A stretch of DNA of 64,000 bases, from the NCBI GenBank assembly GCA_002269645.1, contig NIVC01003990.1, forward strand, positions 2,129 through 66,128. The letters run 5' to 3'. The stretch is from Macrostomum lignano (Eukaryota). The translations under genes and the position numbers were made by a program. The notes below the pieces were generated by a model. It worked only from the letters and a program-made list of their open reading frames with translations, was not told where the DNA came from and ran no database searches. This document shows, piece by piece, positions 17,605 through 29,240 of this stretch (the stretch's first letter is position 1; every line of letters begins with the position of its first letter).

Positions 17605-19320
17605 ATGCACGACCTGAAGCGCATCCTGCACGAGGACGACGCGGAGTCGTGATCGTCCAGCTCGAGCTGGCCAAGCCCCTCTCTCTGCAGCAGATTCTGC
17701 AGCTTGGTATCGAGCAGCTGGGTGATGACGCCAGCACTGCTGACTGCATCAAGTGCGGCAGGTCCGACTTCACGTCGTTCCTCATCGCTCACTCAACCCT
17801 GCTGGAAGTGGCCGCGTGCACACTCGCTCTCAACTGTGTCACTCTCCTCATCGACGAGTTGGAGGCCGCAGCGGAGTTTGTCGCTGACGCCGACGCTGAC
17901 GCCGACGCCGACGCTCTTCATCGGGCAGTCGGAGATTCAGTCGTGCCGCTGCACTGTCTCATTGTGAAGCTGTTCACACTGAGAGGAGGCGGCGGCGGCG
18001 GCGGCGATGCGGCATTCGAGGACCGGGCGGTGAGATTCGTGCGCCAAGTGTCGGCTGCGCGGCCTCGCTTCTTCCGCGTGTGCGCAGAGAAGGAGGCGTT
18101 CGGCCACAATGCTCTCGAGCTGGCAGTCAGTCTGCAGCTGTTCTCACTGGCTGAGTGCATTCTCGAGTCGGGCAAGTACTGCGGCGAGGTCAGTCTCGTA
18201 GCGGGCGTCAAGGTGCAGCGAGTGGATCTGAGCGAGTACGACTTCGACACCGGGGAGCGATACAACAAGAGCCCCCTGAACATGCTGGCAGTCACAGCAA
18301 TGAGTGATCTTTCAATGCCATTAAAAAAGTTTCTCGACAATGACATTATCAAAAGATGGTCCTGCGCAACAACCGGGCGGCTAAAGAGATATATGTGTTT
18401 GAGGGCACTGATATGCACTTTATACAAGCTAGTCCTACTATTCTTTGGTTCGGCGTGCGTTTACTCGTCAATCTCTGTAAAAATCCTGGCTAACTACATG
18501 CCTGACCGCCCAGTTAACTCAAGCAGTTGCCCGCTGTTCTCGATGCACCACAATATGTCGGAATTTTGCAGCATATTTGCAGTGCGCTGCATTGTCAACG
18601 TTCTGGCATGTGGATACATCATTGAGTGCATCGTGTCGCTGGCCGTTCACCTGATCTATGTCAGGGTAGCTCAGGGCAACAGCTCTTACTTGGCGGCGTT
18701 GGCACGCGATTTTCGATGCACCAGCCAAATTCCACTGAGAGTCTGCGCATTGAGTCTCATGGTCTGCATCGGTTTGGTTCCCGACAGGATCCAGATAGTT
18801 TCATTGTTTGACAGGGGCGCGGGACTCCGAATTCTGGATTACGCAACTGGCACGCTCTACATTATAACAATAATGACAATAGTTTACGACTGGCTGCTGG
18901 TTATAAAAACTTTGGCTCTGCTTTGGAATATTGTTGGCATATTTTTCTTCTTTATGGCCATCATCTTCTTGGTTATCGGCCTGTTCTGCTGGCTCATCAC
19001 GCTCATCGTGCCGTGCGAAATTGCCTTCGACCGCGAGATGTTCGCCAATCCGTCTTACGGCCTGTTGAACTTCTACTGATGGTCAGCCACGGCGGCCTGT
19101 CCCGAGAATCCGCGCAGTCTCTGGGCATCTTCTACTGGTGACGCACGCCCTCATCGCACTGTTCTGCTTCAATTTTCTAGTCGCCTTAATGTCGGAGCGA
19201 TTGTCAACCGCGTCGCGAGATCTGCCTTACATCTGCGCCTCCTACAAGCTGTACATTTACCACGTCTACATGCTGTGCATTGCCTTCGTGAGCCGGCTGT
19301 GCAGTGTAAGAGAAAAATAA
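17605..19320 (+). CDS. Compact, apparently intronless TRP-family (TRPV/TRPA-like) cation channel; needs three 1-nt frame corrections
   Basis: ORF 17649-19079 has an ankyrin-like repeat (GHNALELAVSLQLFSLAECIL) and five hydrophobic helices, then a pore-helix-like FANPSYGLLNFY. Restoring one C at about 19076 and one at about 19135 gives YLMVSHGG...IFYLVTHALIALFCFNFLVALMSERLS, resembling the TRP S6 motif NLLIAMM. Restoring one G at about 17646 links to the ATG at 17605. Confidence 0.7.
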
Positions 19321-19432
19321 CTACTGCGAAAGACAACAGTCCGCTTCAGTTCTGCAGAATTTTGGAGCCACAACTCAGATTCACTGACTTAAAGGGAGCA
19401 GGACAATCCACTGCCAGCTATTTAGGTTAGGG

Positions 19433-19512
19433 TTAGAGTATAGTTTAAGTTAGGCTTCTGTTAGGGTAGGTTACGGTTAGGGTTAAATTAGGTTAGGGTT
19501 AGGTTAAGGTTA
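19433..19512. repeat. Degenerate telomere-like (TTAGG/TTAGGG) tract
   Basis: Sequence reads ttaggttagggttag...ggttagggttaaattaggttagggttaggttaagg. Confidence 0.75.
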
Positions 19513-20271
19513 GATTCGACAGTTAATTTCAACATCTTAGCTACGATACTTTCCTCAGAGCTATACAAAGTTCTCTACCCCTATTTGAAACCGTTTTAGT
19601 CTATCAAAACGTTTCAGTTGTTCTGGAAGTTGTTTTTATGTTTTCTGTTTATGACTGTCCTAATATCCTGTAATAATGATTACGAGTATGCTATCCTCTG
19701 CTAGATAAGGATCGTGTTTTCGTATTCTCTTTGAAAACAGCATTCCGCTTTGGAACATTTTGCTGAGTCATGACCACTAAAATTATTGTTTTTTTACTTC
19801 AAGCGCGAGCTTCAATAGAGAAGTATAAGTATAAGGAATAAAATAGCCGCCTCGAGTGCAAGAACTCCAAAAACAGCTGATAAAGTCGAAGCAAATTTGG
19901 CTCTTCCACTTTCCGCAACACTGCGGGCGGGCTTACTTGAACTCAGCAACACGAGCTGCAATAATATTTACGATGCATGGCTGGGCTTAACAGAGATTGT
20001 AAACCATGTCTTTTGAGATAATATTAGTCATAATGTAAACTCTCAGCTTTAATAAAATATTGCTTTGCGGGGCATGTTCTATTTTTATACTTGTCGTAAG
20101 CGCTTCTTTTTAAGGATGCACCTGAGGCCAGATAATTACAAGAGACGCAATAAAACAGATAAAAATCTCAACAAATCACGCGCCTTTGCACACACTAGTC
20201 TATAAAAGTAATAAAATTTTTGAAATTAGGGAAATCATGCAATTACACCGTGAGCAGTGCAAGCAGCAAAA

Positions 20272-23200
20272 ATGCACGACACAGAGCTTCATCAAGCTTG
20301 CGACAACGGCGACAGTGGGGCCGTAGAGCGACTGCTGAAGTCTGGCGCCGATCCGGACGCTCGGAACGCGTCGGGTCGGACGCCACTTTGGGTGGCGAGC
20401 CAGAAAGGTTTTGTGCCTGCGATGGAGCCGTTGTTGGATGCTGGAGCTCAGCTAGACTGCGCCCAGAGCGACGGAGCGACTCCACTGTTCGCGGCTGCTC
20501 AGGGTGGCTGCGACCCGGCAGTGGCGAAGCTGCTCGAGGCAGGTGCAAGTTCGGACCTCCAACGCCAGGACGGCTCCACACCGCTGCTGATTGCCGCTCA
20601 GACCGGTCACGCCAGAGTCGTTCGCTGTCTTCTCGACGCTGGAGCCGACCCGAACCGACAAAGAAACGACGGCTCGTCGCCACTGCTCATGGCGGCTCAG
20701 TACGGTCAGCAGAGAGTGCTCGAGATGCTGCTGCAAGCTGGTGCTGATCTCCACCTGCCCAACATCTTCGGATCGGCGGCCCTGTTCGCAGCCTGCTGGT
20801 GGAATCATTTCACAGCCATTCGTCGACTGCTGCAGGTCGGCGCGGACGTGAACCTGAAGACGAACTCCAAGTGGACACCGCTGCACAAGGCTGCTCAGAA
20901 AGGCTACCTAGAGTTAGTGAGCTTCCTCATCGAGTCAGGAGCTCTTGTAAATGCTCTGGACAACGTCAGATCATCTCCACTGCACACAGCAGCTGAGAAC
21001 GGACACGATGAGGTAGTAAAGTTTTTAATTGAGTCCAATGCGTCAATCAATGCACAGGACTCGAAGGGAGACACGCCGCTCCACAGGGCAGCCAAAAAGG
21101 GCAACACTGGTGTGATACGAGTTCTGCTAGAGGCCGGTGCAGATTCCAGCTTAGAGAACAAGTCCGAGGAACTTCCGATCTGTCTGGCCGCGAGTCACTG
21201 CACACAAATGGAAGCAATCGAGCTGCTGCTTCACGCAAGCCAGCCTCATAGCGGTCACATCGAGGCGGCAATTGCTGCCGCATGTTGCTACGGGCTCGGG
21301 AACAATGCTCTGCGACTACTCAAAAGTGTCAGAGTTGATGCAGAAGTGTTGCGGCGTATTGTCCCAAAGTCCTGCGCCAGTCTGGCGGTTCAGTGTCTGC
21401 GCCGCTTTGACAGAAGCACATCGGGAAATGTAGCATTCGGATCGACTACTCCATCCAATTGGTAAGTTAACACCATATTAAAAATTTATGGTAAACCACA
21501 TTGGTATTTACTACTTGCCAAATGATACTCTTCCACGTTAAACTCAGGCGCACTTCTTCCGAAAGCCAATTTAGCACAGAGCTGTTTGAAACTCTCGATG
21601 GCTCCGGCTTCAACAAAGTCGGTGCCCTCGGTCAGCAGGCTGAGGCAGAAATTTTGCAGCAAATCGTTCGTCACTTGAAGCCAGACACGTGCATCAATGT
21701 AGTTGGCAGCTTCAGCGAAGGATGGGGCAGCTCGTTGAAGTGTCTTAATGGCCAGATCGACAAGGACTCCGACATCGACTTCACGGAGATCCTCGCTGAC
21801 AAACTGCACATCAAAGGTCGCTGCCAATGCGAGTCACCGGATCCTCAGAAAATAGTCGAATACAAGAAAGGTTACGTTCGCTACCCCGTTGCAAGTAAGT
21901 TAAACTCGGTCGCAATTGTGCTTTCTGATTTGTAAATAGCAGCTTGACTTTGGCCCTGCAAATCCGCTTGTAAAGAAAGATCCAAATAAATAACCGTTGT
22001 ATCAAATACCGAAACTGCGTTTGTTGCAGCTGCGAATCCGAGCAACCCTCAGTTCGGCACGCCCCAGTCCCCAGCCATGGACTACGTTAACGCCTTGCGA
22101 ACCTGCTGCTACCCGGACATTGAGGTCCTAAGACCAGGTCGACCGACTCAAATCCAACCGCATCTGCTCAAAGCACTCACAACCGAGCTCCAGACGTCCC
22201 TGTGTCACTTGGTCAGAGCGGCACCTCCTGACAAGAAGGCGAATGGCTCAGATTGAGCACCACCTTCCTCGAGAGGCTCATGATTCGAGGCTTCAACACA
22301 CTGCAAGGCCAGCTGTTCGTCATCCTCAAGTTCCTCATCAAGCGACATCTGTCCAAGTCAGTAAGCGTCTCAAGACCTACGTGGCAAAGACGCTGATGTT
22401 CCGCATGATTGACGAGACTGCTGAAGACGAATGGCGTGCTGACAATCTGCTGCAGCTCACACGGCGAGCTCTGGAGATTCTGTGCGACGGTCTGCAGCAT
22501 GGCGGAGAGCACGAGTGCCTGCCGCACTTCTTTGCACCTGACGCAGCCGTGTACCTGCGGAGTGGTCACTCGAAAAAGAGGGACGTAATGAAAGCAATTA
22601 AAAGCACACTGGAAAACCTGAGACAGCCTCTTGTCCAACTCATGGGACAGCTGGTCACTACGAAAAACTCGAAATTCATGCAGTTTCACCCATTTACATT
22701 GGTGCCGGTTACATATGATCTGCACTCAGTCTGCACCGACATCAGCCTGCTGCACCTTTACCCGTGGTGTGGACTCTGTGCGAGATTTGGCAACCGATTC
22801 GAAACCCCCGATGCAGCTCATTAGCAGCATCCCTGACTGCGCGTTCTCAGTTCGAGAGAGCCTCAGAGCGATGGCCCAGCTGAAGATGGGTCAGCAAGAA
22901 GCTGCTTTGTACACACTGCGAGCGGCGGCTCAACACACGGTCAGCAAGGGAGTCGTCAAGAAGCAGCTCACTACTCTGTCGGATGTCACCGCGGATGTCT
23001 GGCAGCAGATGGAGAACAGCGACTCGATCTTGCGATTCTGCTTCCGCTACGACCGACGTCCGGATCTCAAGTTCTTGCCCCGGTTCGTCAAAGACAACTT
23101 TCCCCTGGGCATGCAGATCTACGGAAACAGGTTCTACATGAACTTTAGCGCACTGCTGAAGTGCCTGTGTCTGGAGCTCATTCCGACCGACGTGAAGGAC

Positions 23201-23635
23201 GAGTCCCGACGCTGGTTCGAGGAGACACTCGGAGACCAGGAGGCAGACGCGGCCGACCTCCTGCTGGCTCTGCAGTACTGCACCGACCCGGAACCCTGGC
23301 CGGCATTGTGCACCGGAACAGTGACGTCATCGCGAGTACACCATCTATGCAGTCGAAACTCAGCGACAGCATGCTGCGACTGGTGAGTGATAGCGTATGC
23401 ATCCTTGATATAAGTAGCGTTTCTCATTCCATCTTCATGATTTTAAACCGAAATAGATGGAGAAAATTGATTCATCCAACCACGGATTGTAGCCGACCTG
23501 CACGAGAGCTGCATGCGACGGACTTTGCTGGGCTTGGCGCACCAACTGCGTCTGGAAGCAACCGCCGGAAAGTGTCGCCGTCGGCGGCGGCGCAGCGGCC
23601 GAATGCGGGAGCTGCCAGTGGCTGTGCGCACGTAG
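20272..23635 (+). CDS. Ankyrin-repeat + Mab-21/cGAS-like nucleotidyltransferase (cGLR-like), copy 1; exons 20272-21461, 21548-21894, 22030-23382, about 23493-23635
   Basis: Nine full and 1-2 degenerate ankyrin repeats, and phase-compatible GT-AG introns 1 and 2. The NTase motif is VVGSFSEGWG...DSDIDF, with the third Asp in MDYVNAL. The Mab-21 C-lobe reads WLRLSTTFLE...LKFLIK...LKTYVAKT...W...NL...CLPHFF. About five 1-nt deletions are inferred from copy 2 (about 22233, 22367, 22760, 23292, 23492). Confidence 0.88.
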
Positions 23636-24399
23636 TGCAATCAGTGCGTTAAGCATGAACTGTTTGCTAAAGCTAAAAACTAAACTTACGACTTTACATG
23701 TACGCTCGTATTTCTGGCAATATTTGCTGTTCATCTTCATTTATTTATTACAAGCGAACAAGACGATAGTAATTAGTTGAGAGTGCCGATGGGCATCACT
23801 GAGCAGTTATTCTGAGCTAATATATCTAGCTACCAGGTATTTAGACTCATCTGTGGGAGAAAAAGAGCAAATTTTGAATCCCTTTTATACAAAGCAAGTC
23901 TTAGTCTCTTTATCCTGTCGTGAAAGTTGTTGGCCTTGAAATCTTTTTGATTTCAAGGCTTTTCAAAATCATTCAAAATTTCAAATGATTTCAAAATCTA
24001 TTCTCACAGCATAGGCAAACTTTTCATTTAGCATTAATTCTAGCAACGGCTTGCTGGACTATCTCTGGAAATCGATCTGAATACAAATCTATAATTTTCT
24101 ATGGAATTTTAATTCCCGCCTGATAATAAATAATTTCTGCTAATTCTGCGAGTTATTATGATTTCTCCTGTAAATATTTTCATAATTTAACATTTGCTGA
24201 AGATTTCTGATCAATAAACATCGGTAACAGTAAACGGCTTTGTTCATGTTGTTTTGGTTGCAAAGGGTTTTAAATTTGAATAAGCCTGCCACTTTAGGCT
24301 GATTGTTTTTTTTATTCGACTGAAATAAAAAGTTGCAAAGAAATAGAGTCGAACTAAAGTGCAAAGATGACTACAGGTCACAGGGAGTAACTATAGGCG

Positions 24400-24745
24400 G
24401 CAATTAGTTTACAGACATAACAGCCTTATAGCTTCCAGCTCTACAACTTTGTGAGGGTTTTTAGAGTTCGTATACTCAGACAAGAGCGTTGATAAACTTG
24501 AAGCAGAACAGCACGGTGAGTGTATGGGGTCAGCAGGAACAGATCGTACACCAGGTCTACTGACTTTATCAACTCTCTCAAAAGCCAATCGTTGCTGGTT
24601 AGCAGATAAAATGTGAGCAGCCCAGACCGCAGGTTCAGGTGCAGCGCAGGCGGTATCTACGGCCGTATCGTAGAAAGCTCTGCAGGTGGCGCAGACAGAC
24701 CAGCATGAGGAAGCAGAGAACCAGGATGACTGTCCTCATAACTGA
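24400..24745 (-). pseudogene. Degenerate fragment of a second TRP-like channel (S5-pore-S6), paralog of 17605-19320
   Basis: The minus strand encodes VILVLCFLMLV, then SGLLTFYLLTS (copy 1: YGLLNFYLMVS), then LTVLFCFKFINAL (copy 1: LIALFCFNFLVAL) across frameshifts. A weaker match at about 25060-24980, EHIQTRQYC...VQRS*LS, aligns with ECILESGKYC...VQRVDLS. Confidence 0.6.
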
Positions 24746-25063
24746 CTAACTGTTGCAACGAAGATAATTTGCCAATTATTTAACCAAATAGGTTCCCTCA
24801 CTTTGCTTAGTTGCATACAACCCGGATCCAGAGCAGCTCAGCAGCTCAGTCACCACCCCCAGGTTCGATCCCTGCTCGGCCGCATTCATTTGAGACTTTT
24901 CACGAAAATTGGCCTGGGGATGTTGTGAGATTCACACCTATGAGGATCAACTGCCAAGGCACAGAAAGTGTACATGTCTGACGATTAGAAAGTTAGGACC
25001 GCTGTACACACTGTGTGAGCGAGTGTGTGAGTGTACTACAGTATTGGCGCGTTTGTATGTGCT

Positions 25064-25962
25064 CAGGGGGTCGCCATCAAAAACCCGAAAAACCACAAAT
25101 TGAAAGCACTTCCCATCATAAACCCGAAATATCACAAACCCGAAATATCACAAACCCGAAAGTGTTAGCAACGCACATCATAAACCTGAAATATCACAAA
25201 CTCGAAATATCTTCCCTACATGTACATGCGTCAGTAGCGTTATAAGTTTTGGATTTGTGAAAATTGCGAATTGTGAGGTTTTATGAGGTTTTATGAGGGA
25301 TTGTGATAGATCGGGATGAATTGTGAGGGATTATCATAACTCCGAAAACCAAAATAGTGTTGGACATTGCTAGAACTTTCGGAGTTATGATATTTCGGGT
25401 TTATGATGGGCAATGCTATTTTGTTTTTCGGAGTTATGATTTTTCGGGTTTATGATATTTCGGGTTTATGATGTGCGTTGCTATCAATTTCGGAGTTATG
25501 ATATGTCGGGTTGTTTTGATATTTCGGGTTTATGATATTTCGGGTTTATCATGTGCGTTGCTATAAATTTCGGAGTTGTGATATTTCGGGTTTTTTGGTA
25601 TATCGGGTTTATGATATTTCGGGTTTTTTGATATTTCGGGTTTATGATATTTCGGGTTTATGATATTTCGGGTTTTTTTATATTTCGGGTTTGTGATATC
25701 TCGGGTTTATGATATTTCGGGTTTGTGATATTTCGGGTTTGTGATATTTCGGGTTTTTTGATATTTCGGGTTTGTGATATTTCGGGTTTATGATATTTCG
25801 GGTTTTTTTATATTTCGGGTTTATGATATTTCGGGTTTTTTTATATTTCGGGTTTATGATATTTCGGTTTTTTTATATTTCGGGTTTGTGATATTTCGGA
25901 TTTATGATGGAAAGCGCTTTTCGGAGTTGTGATTTTTCGGGTATGCGATGCCCCCCCCCCTG
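25064..25962. mobile_element. Non-autonomous foldback-type DNA element with CAGGGG termini and asymmetric inverted arrays of a roughly 16-bp subrepeat (AAACCCGAAATATCAT/C)
   Basis: The left end CAGGGGGTCGCCATC...ACCCGAAAAACCACAA matches the reverse complement of the right end TTGTGATTTTTCGGGTATGCGATGCCCCCCCCCCTG. CT flanks both ends (possible 2-bp TSD). Confidence 0.7.
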
Positions 25963-26365
25963 CTCAGGAGTCAGCGGAACGGGCAGAATGGCCTCAGTGC
26001 TGGTAGTGTGGGACAATGTCACCAAATGCGTTGTGCCGGGGTGGGGGCAGAGCCCTTTCTGCGAATATTGATAATTGAGCATGTTGTTTCTCTATTTCAG
26101 AATAATAAACTGTTAATTTCACCAACAATCACTCGTTGATAACACTTGTAAATGCCATCCATATACAGCAAACAGGCCGTTCATATGGATTTCTATGGAC
26201 TTTCAAAGCAAGAAAATTCTATGTTTTTGATTTGCTGTTTCTCTGCTCCGTATGCATTGCTTTCTGTATTATAGCTCCTTGATGGTAAGCATTTTTTGTT
26301 AGTGCAGGCAGATACTACTTATTAAATTTCCGAATAAACAATTAGAATAAATATTATATTAGATT

Positions 26366-26554
26366 CAGGAGCGTAGGGAGGGGGATAGGGGGGATTATCC
26401 CCCCGAAGAGCCTGGCCAAAACTTTTTTGTTGCCCTTTGTTGCTATACATGCTACCATGTGACTCTGTCATAGCACTTTTTCCTTGGTGTATCCTCCCGT
26501 AGGAAATTCACCTTGGTGTATCCCCCCCGTAGGAAATTCCTGGCTACGCCCCTG
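26366..26554. mobile_element. hAT-type MITE
   Basis: TIRs are CAGGAGCGTAG / CTACGCCCCTG, flanked by an 8-bp TSD ATTAGATT / ATTAGATC (7/8 match). Confidence 0.8.
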
Positions 26555-26657
26555 ATTAGATCCATAGAATTGTATGGATGAACATAAATTTCAACACAAT
26601 TTTCTTAAGTCATTGTTAAGTCATTGTTAGCCTATTTTAGAGACACTGTTTCCAAGG

Positions 26658-28707
26658 TTACCATTGCATCTTCCAGTCAGGTGTGTTTTTATAGTCCGGG
26701 CGTGGAGGCCGTGTTTCTTGCTCAGGCTCAGGTGTGGTCTCATAGTCCGGGCGTGGAGGCCGTGTTTCTTGCTCAGGCTCAGGTGTGGTCTCATAGTCCG
26801 GGCGTGGAGGCCGTGTTTCTTGCTCAGGCTCAGGTGTGGTCTCATAGTCCGGGCGTGGAGGCCGTGTTTCTTGCTCAGGCTCAGGTGTGGTCTCATAGTC
26901 CGGGCGTGGAGGCCGTGTTTCTTGCTCAGGCTCAGGTGTGGTCTCATAGTCCGGGCGTGGAGGCCGTGTTTCTTGCTCAGGCTCAGGTGTGGTCTCATAG
27001 TCCGGGCGTGGAGGCCGTGTTTCTTGCTCAGGCTCAGGTGTGGTCTCATATCCGGGCGTGGAGGCCGTGTTTCTTGCTCAGGCTCAGGTGTGGTCTCATA
27101 GTCCGGGCGTGGAGGCCGTGTTTCTTGCTCAGGCTCAGGTGTGGTCTCATAGTCCGGGCGTGGAGGCCGTGTTTCTTGCTCAGGCTCAGCGGGCGTGGAG
27201 GCCGTGTTTCTTGCTCAGGCTCAGGTGTGGTCTCGTGTTTCTTGCTCAGGCTCAGGTGAGGCTCAGGTGAGGCTCCACCAAAATCATAAAGGTGGGGAGG
27301 CAATGGTGGCAAATTTTTTGTCACGGATTGTACTTCTGGAAAATAATTGGCAACGATTTTTGTGTAACGAAACAGCTGGCTCATGTGATACCAAATCCGT
27401 CTGAGCACTTCTATTTGCCAATAATCGAGCTGAATGACACGTTTCGTGTTAGGCTTTTCTTCTTTTGGCTTACTGGTGCCGTATTGCCTGGTCCTGTAGT
27501 TTGCAGTGTAATCCTCCCGCGTTGTAGGGAACCATGGAGAGCGCGTAGTCTTGCCGTATTGCCTGGTCCTGTAGTTTGCAGTGCAATCCTCCCGCGTTGT
27601 AGGGAACCATGGAGAGCGCGTAGTCTTGCCGTATTGCCTGGTCCTGTAGTTTGCAGTGTAATCCTCCCGCGGTGTAGGGAACCATGGAGAGCGCGTAGTC
27701 TTGCCGTATTGCCTGGTCCTGTAGTTTGCAGTGTCATCCTCCCGCGGTGTAGGGAACCATGGAGAGCGCGTAGTCTTGCCGTATTGCCTGGTCCTGTAGT
27801 TTGCAGTGTCATCCTCCCGCGTTGTAGGGAACCATGGAGAGCGCGTAGTCTTGCCGTATTGCCTGGTCCTGTAGTTTGCAGTGTCATCCTCCCGCGGTGT
27901 AGGGAACCATGGAGAGCGCGTAGTCTTGCCGTATTGCCTGGTCCTGTAGTTTGCAGTGTCATCCTCCCGCGGTGTAGGGAACCATGGAGAGCGCGTAGTC
28001 TTGCCGTATTGCCTGGTCCTGTAGTTTGCAGTGTCATCCTCCCGCGTTGTAGGGAACCATGGAGAGCGCGTAGTCTTGCCGTATTGCCTGGTCCTGTAGT
28101 TTGCAGTGTAATCCTCCCGCGTTGTAGGGAACCATGGAGAGCGCGTAGTCTTGCCGTATTGCCTGGTCCTGTAGTTTGCAGTGTATCCTCCCGCGTTGTA
28201 GGGAACCATGGAGAGCGCGTAGTCTTGCCGTATTGCCTGGTCCTGTAGTTTGCAGTGTCATCCTCCCGCGTTGTAGGGAACCATGGAGAGCGCGTAGTCT
28301 TGCCGTATTGCCTGGTCCTGTAGTTTGCAGTGTCATCCTCCCGCGGTGTAGGGAACCATGGAGAGCGCGTAGTCTTGCCGTATTGCCTGGTCCTGTAGTT
28401 TGCAGTGTAATCCTCCCGCGTGTAGGGAACCATGGAGAGCGCGTAGTCTTGCCGTATTGCCTGGTCCTGTAGTTTGCAGTGTAATCCTCCCGCGTTGTAG
28501 GGAACCATGGAGAGCGCGTAGTCTTGCCGTATTGCCTGGTCCTGCCGTTTGCCCTCCCGCGTGTAGGGAACCATGGAGAGCGCGTAGTCTTGCCGTATTG
28601 CCTGGTCCTGTATCCTTCCAGTGCTGTTGGAATCTAAACGTGGGAAGGGCAACGACCGCGCTCAATCCGAGAGCAAGGAGCAAAAGCACGATCTTTAAGT
28701 CAGCCAT
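26658..28707 (-). CDS. Putative secreted repetitive protein: signal peptide + (YRTRQYGKTTRSPWFPTTREDDTAN)n + unique linker + (YETTPEPEQETRPPRPD)n
   Basis: ATG 28707 gives MADLKIVLLLLALGLSAVVA-LP, a typical signal peptide. ORF 27046-28209 reads from the 75-bp array through the 200-bp unique spacer into the 51-bp array. The ETTPEP frame ends RPDYKNTPDWKMQW* at 26658. Several 1-nt frame corrections are required. Confidence 0.5.
26693..27270. repeat. Tandem array of a 51-bp unit, about 11 copies
   Basis: Unit AGTCCGGGCGTGGAGGCCGTGTTTCTTGCTCAGGCTCAGGTGTGGTCTCAT. Confidence 0.95.
27477..28612. repeat. Tandem array of a 75-bp unit, about 15 copies
   Basis: Unit GCCGTATTGCCTGGTCCTGTAGTTTGCAGTGTCATCCTCCCGCGTTGTAGGGAACCATGGAGAGCGCGTAGTCTT. 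Confidence 0.95.
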
Positions 28708-29240
28708 GCTTGTCAATTCGCTGATACGAATTTCTCAGTAAGGACTTCAAAGTGGACCTGTATTGTGTTATATAGTCTGCAAATGCGCATAAACGGACGA
28801 CATTTTCACTCCATTTGAGAAAAATACTTACCTCGAAAAATTCAAAGGCTGCTGTGCAGACAATCATAAACAGATAATTGCGTCTCAGGTATAAAAAGAT
28901 ATTTCGATTTTTGCGATTTTGCAGACAGAGAGAAAATATTCTTTGAAATGCGAAATTAGACGCCGCCTTTTCGCTAAATTTGCCGAAGCGAAAAAATAAA
29001 AGAATAGCCAGGAAATTATTCGATTTATTTTCAATTTTAGCTTCAAATTCTTATGCTGTCTTGGATTAATATCTTCACTAAGCCAGCTTACATTTCAGTT
29101 ACTAATTAAGCTACTAAACTTGACACAACGACCTGTATATTGATGAATCAAACAATGAGTTAACTTGATTAAACCAAAATAGCTAAATCCAAGATGACTT
29201 GTTGACGTGACATTTACAAAGTATATGTATCGAACAACCA

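Noticed and set aside
24635-24739. Tiny minus-strand ORF MRTVILVLCFLMLVCLRHLQSFLRYGRR... resembling an RYamide neuropeptide precursor
   Set aside because: The hydrophobic stretch is better explained as S5 of the degenerate TRP paralog, whose pore and S6 follow collinearly. The single FLRYG-RR is probably chance.
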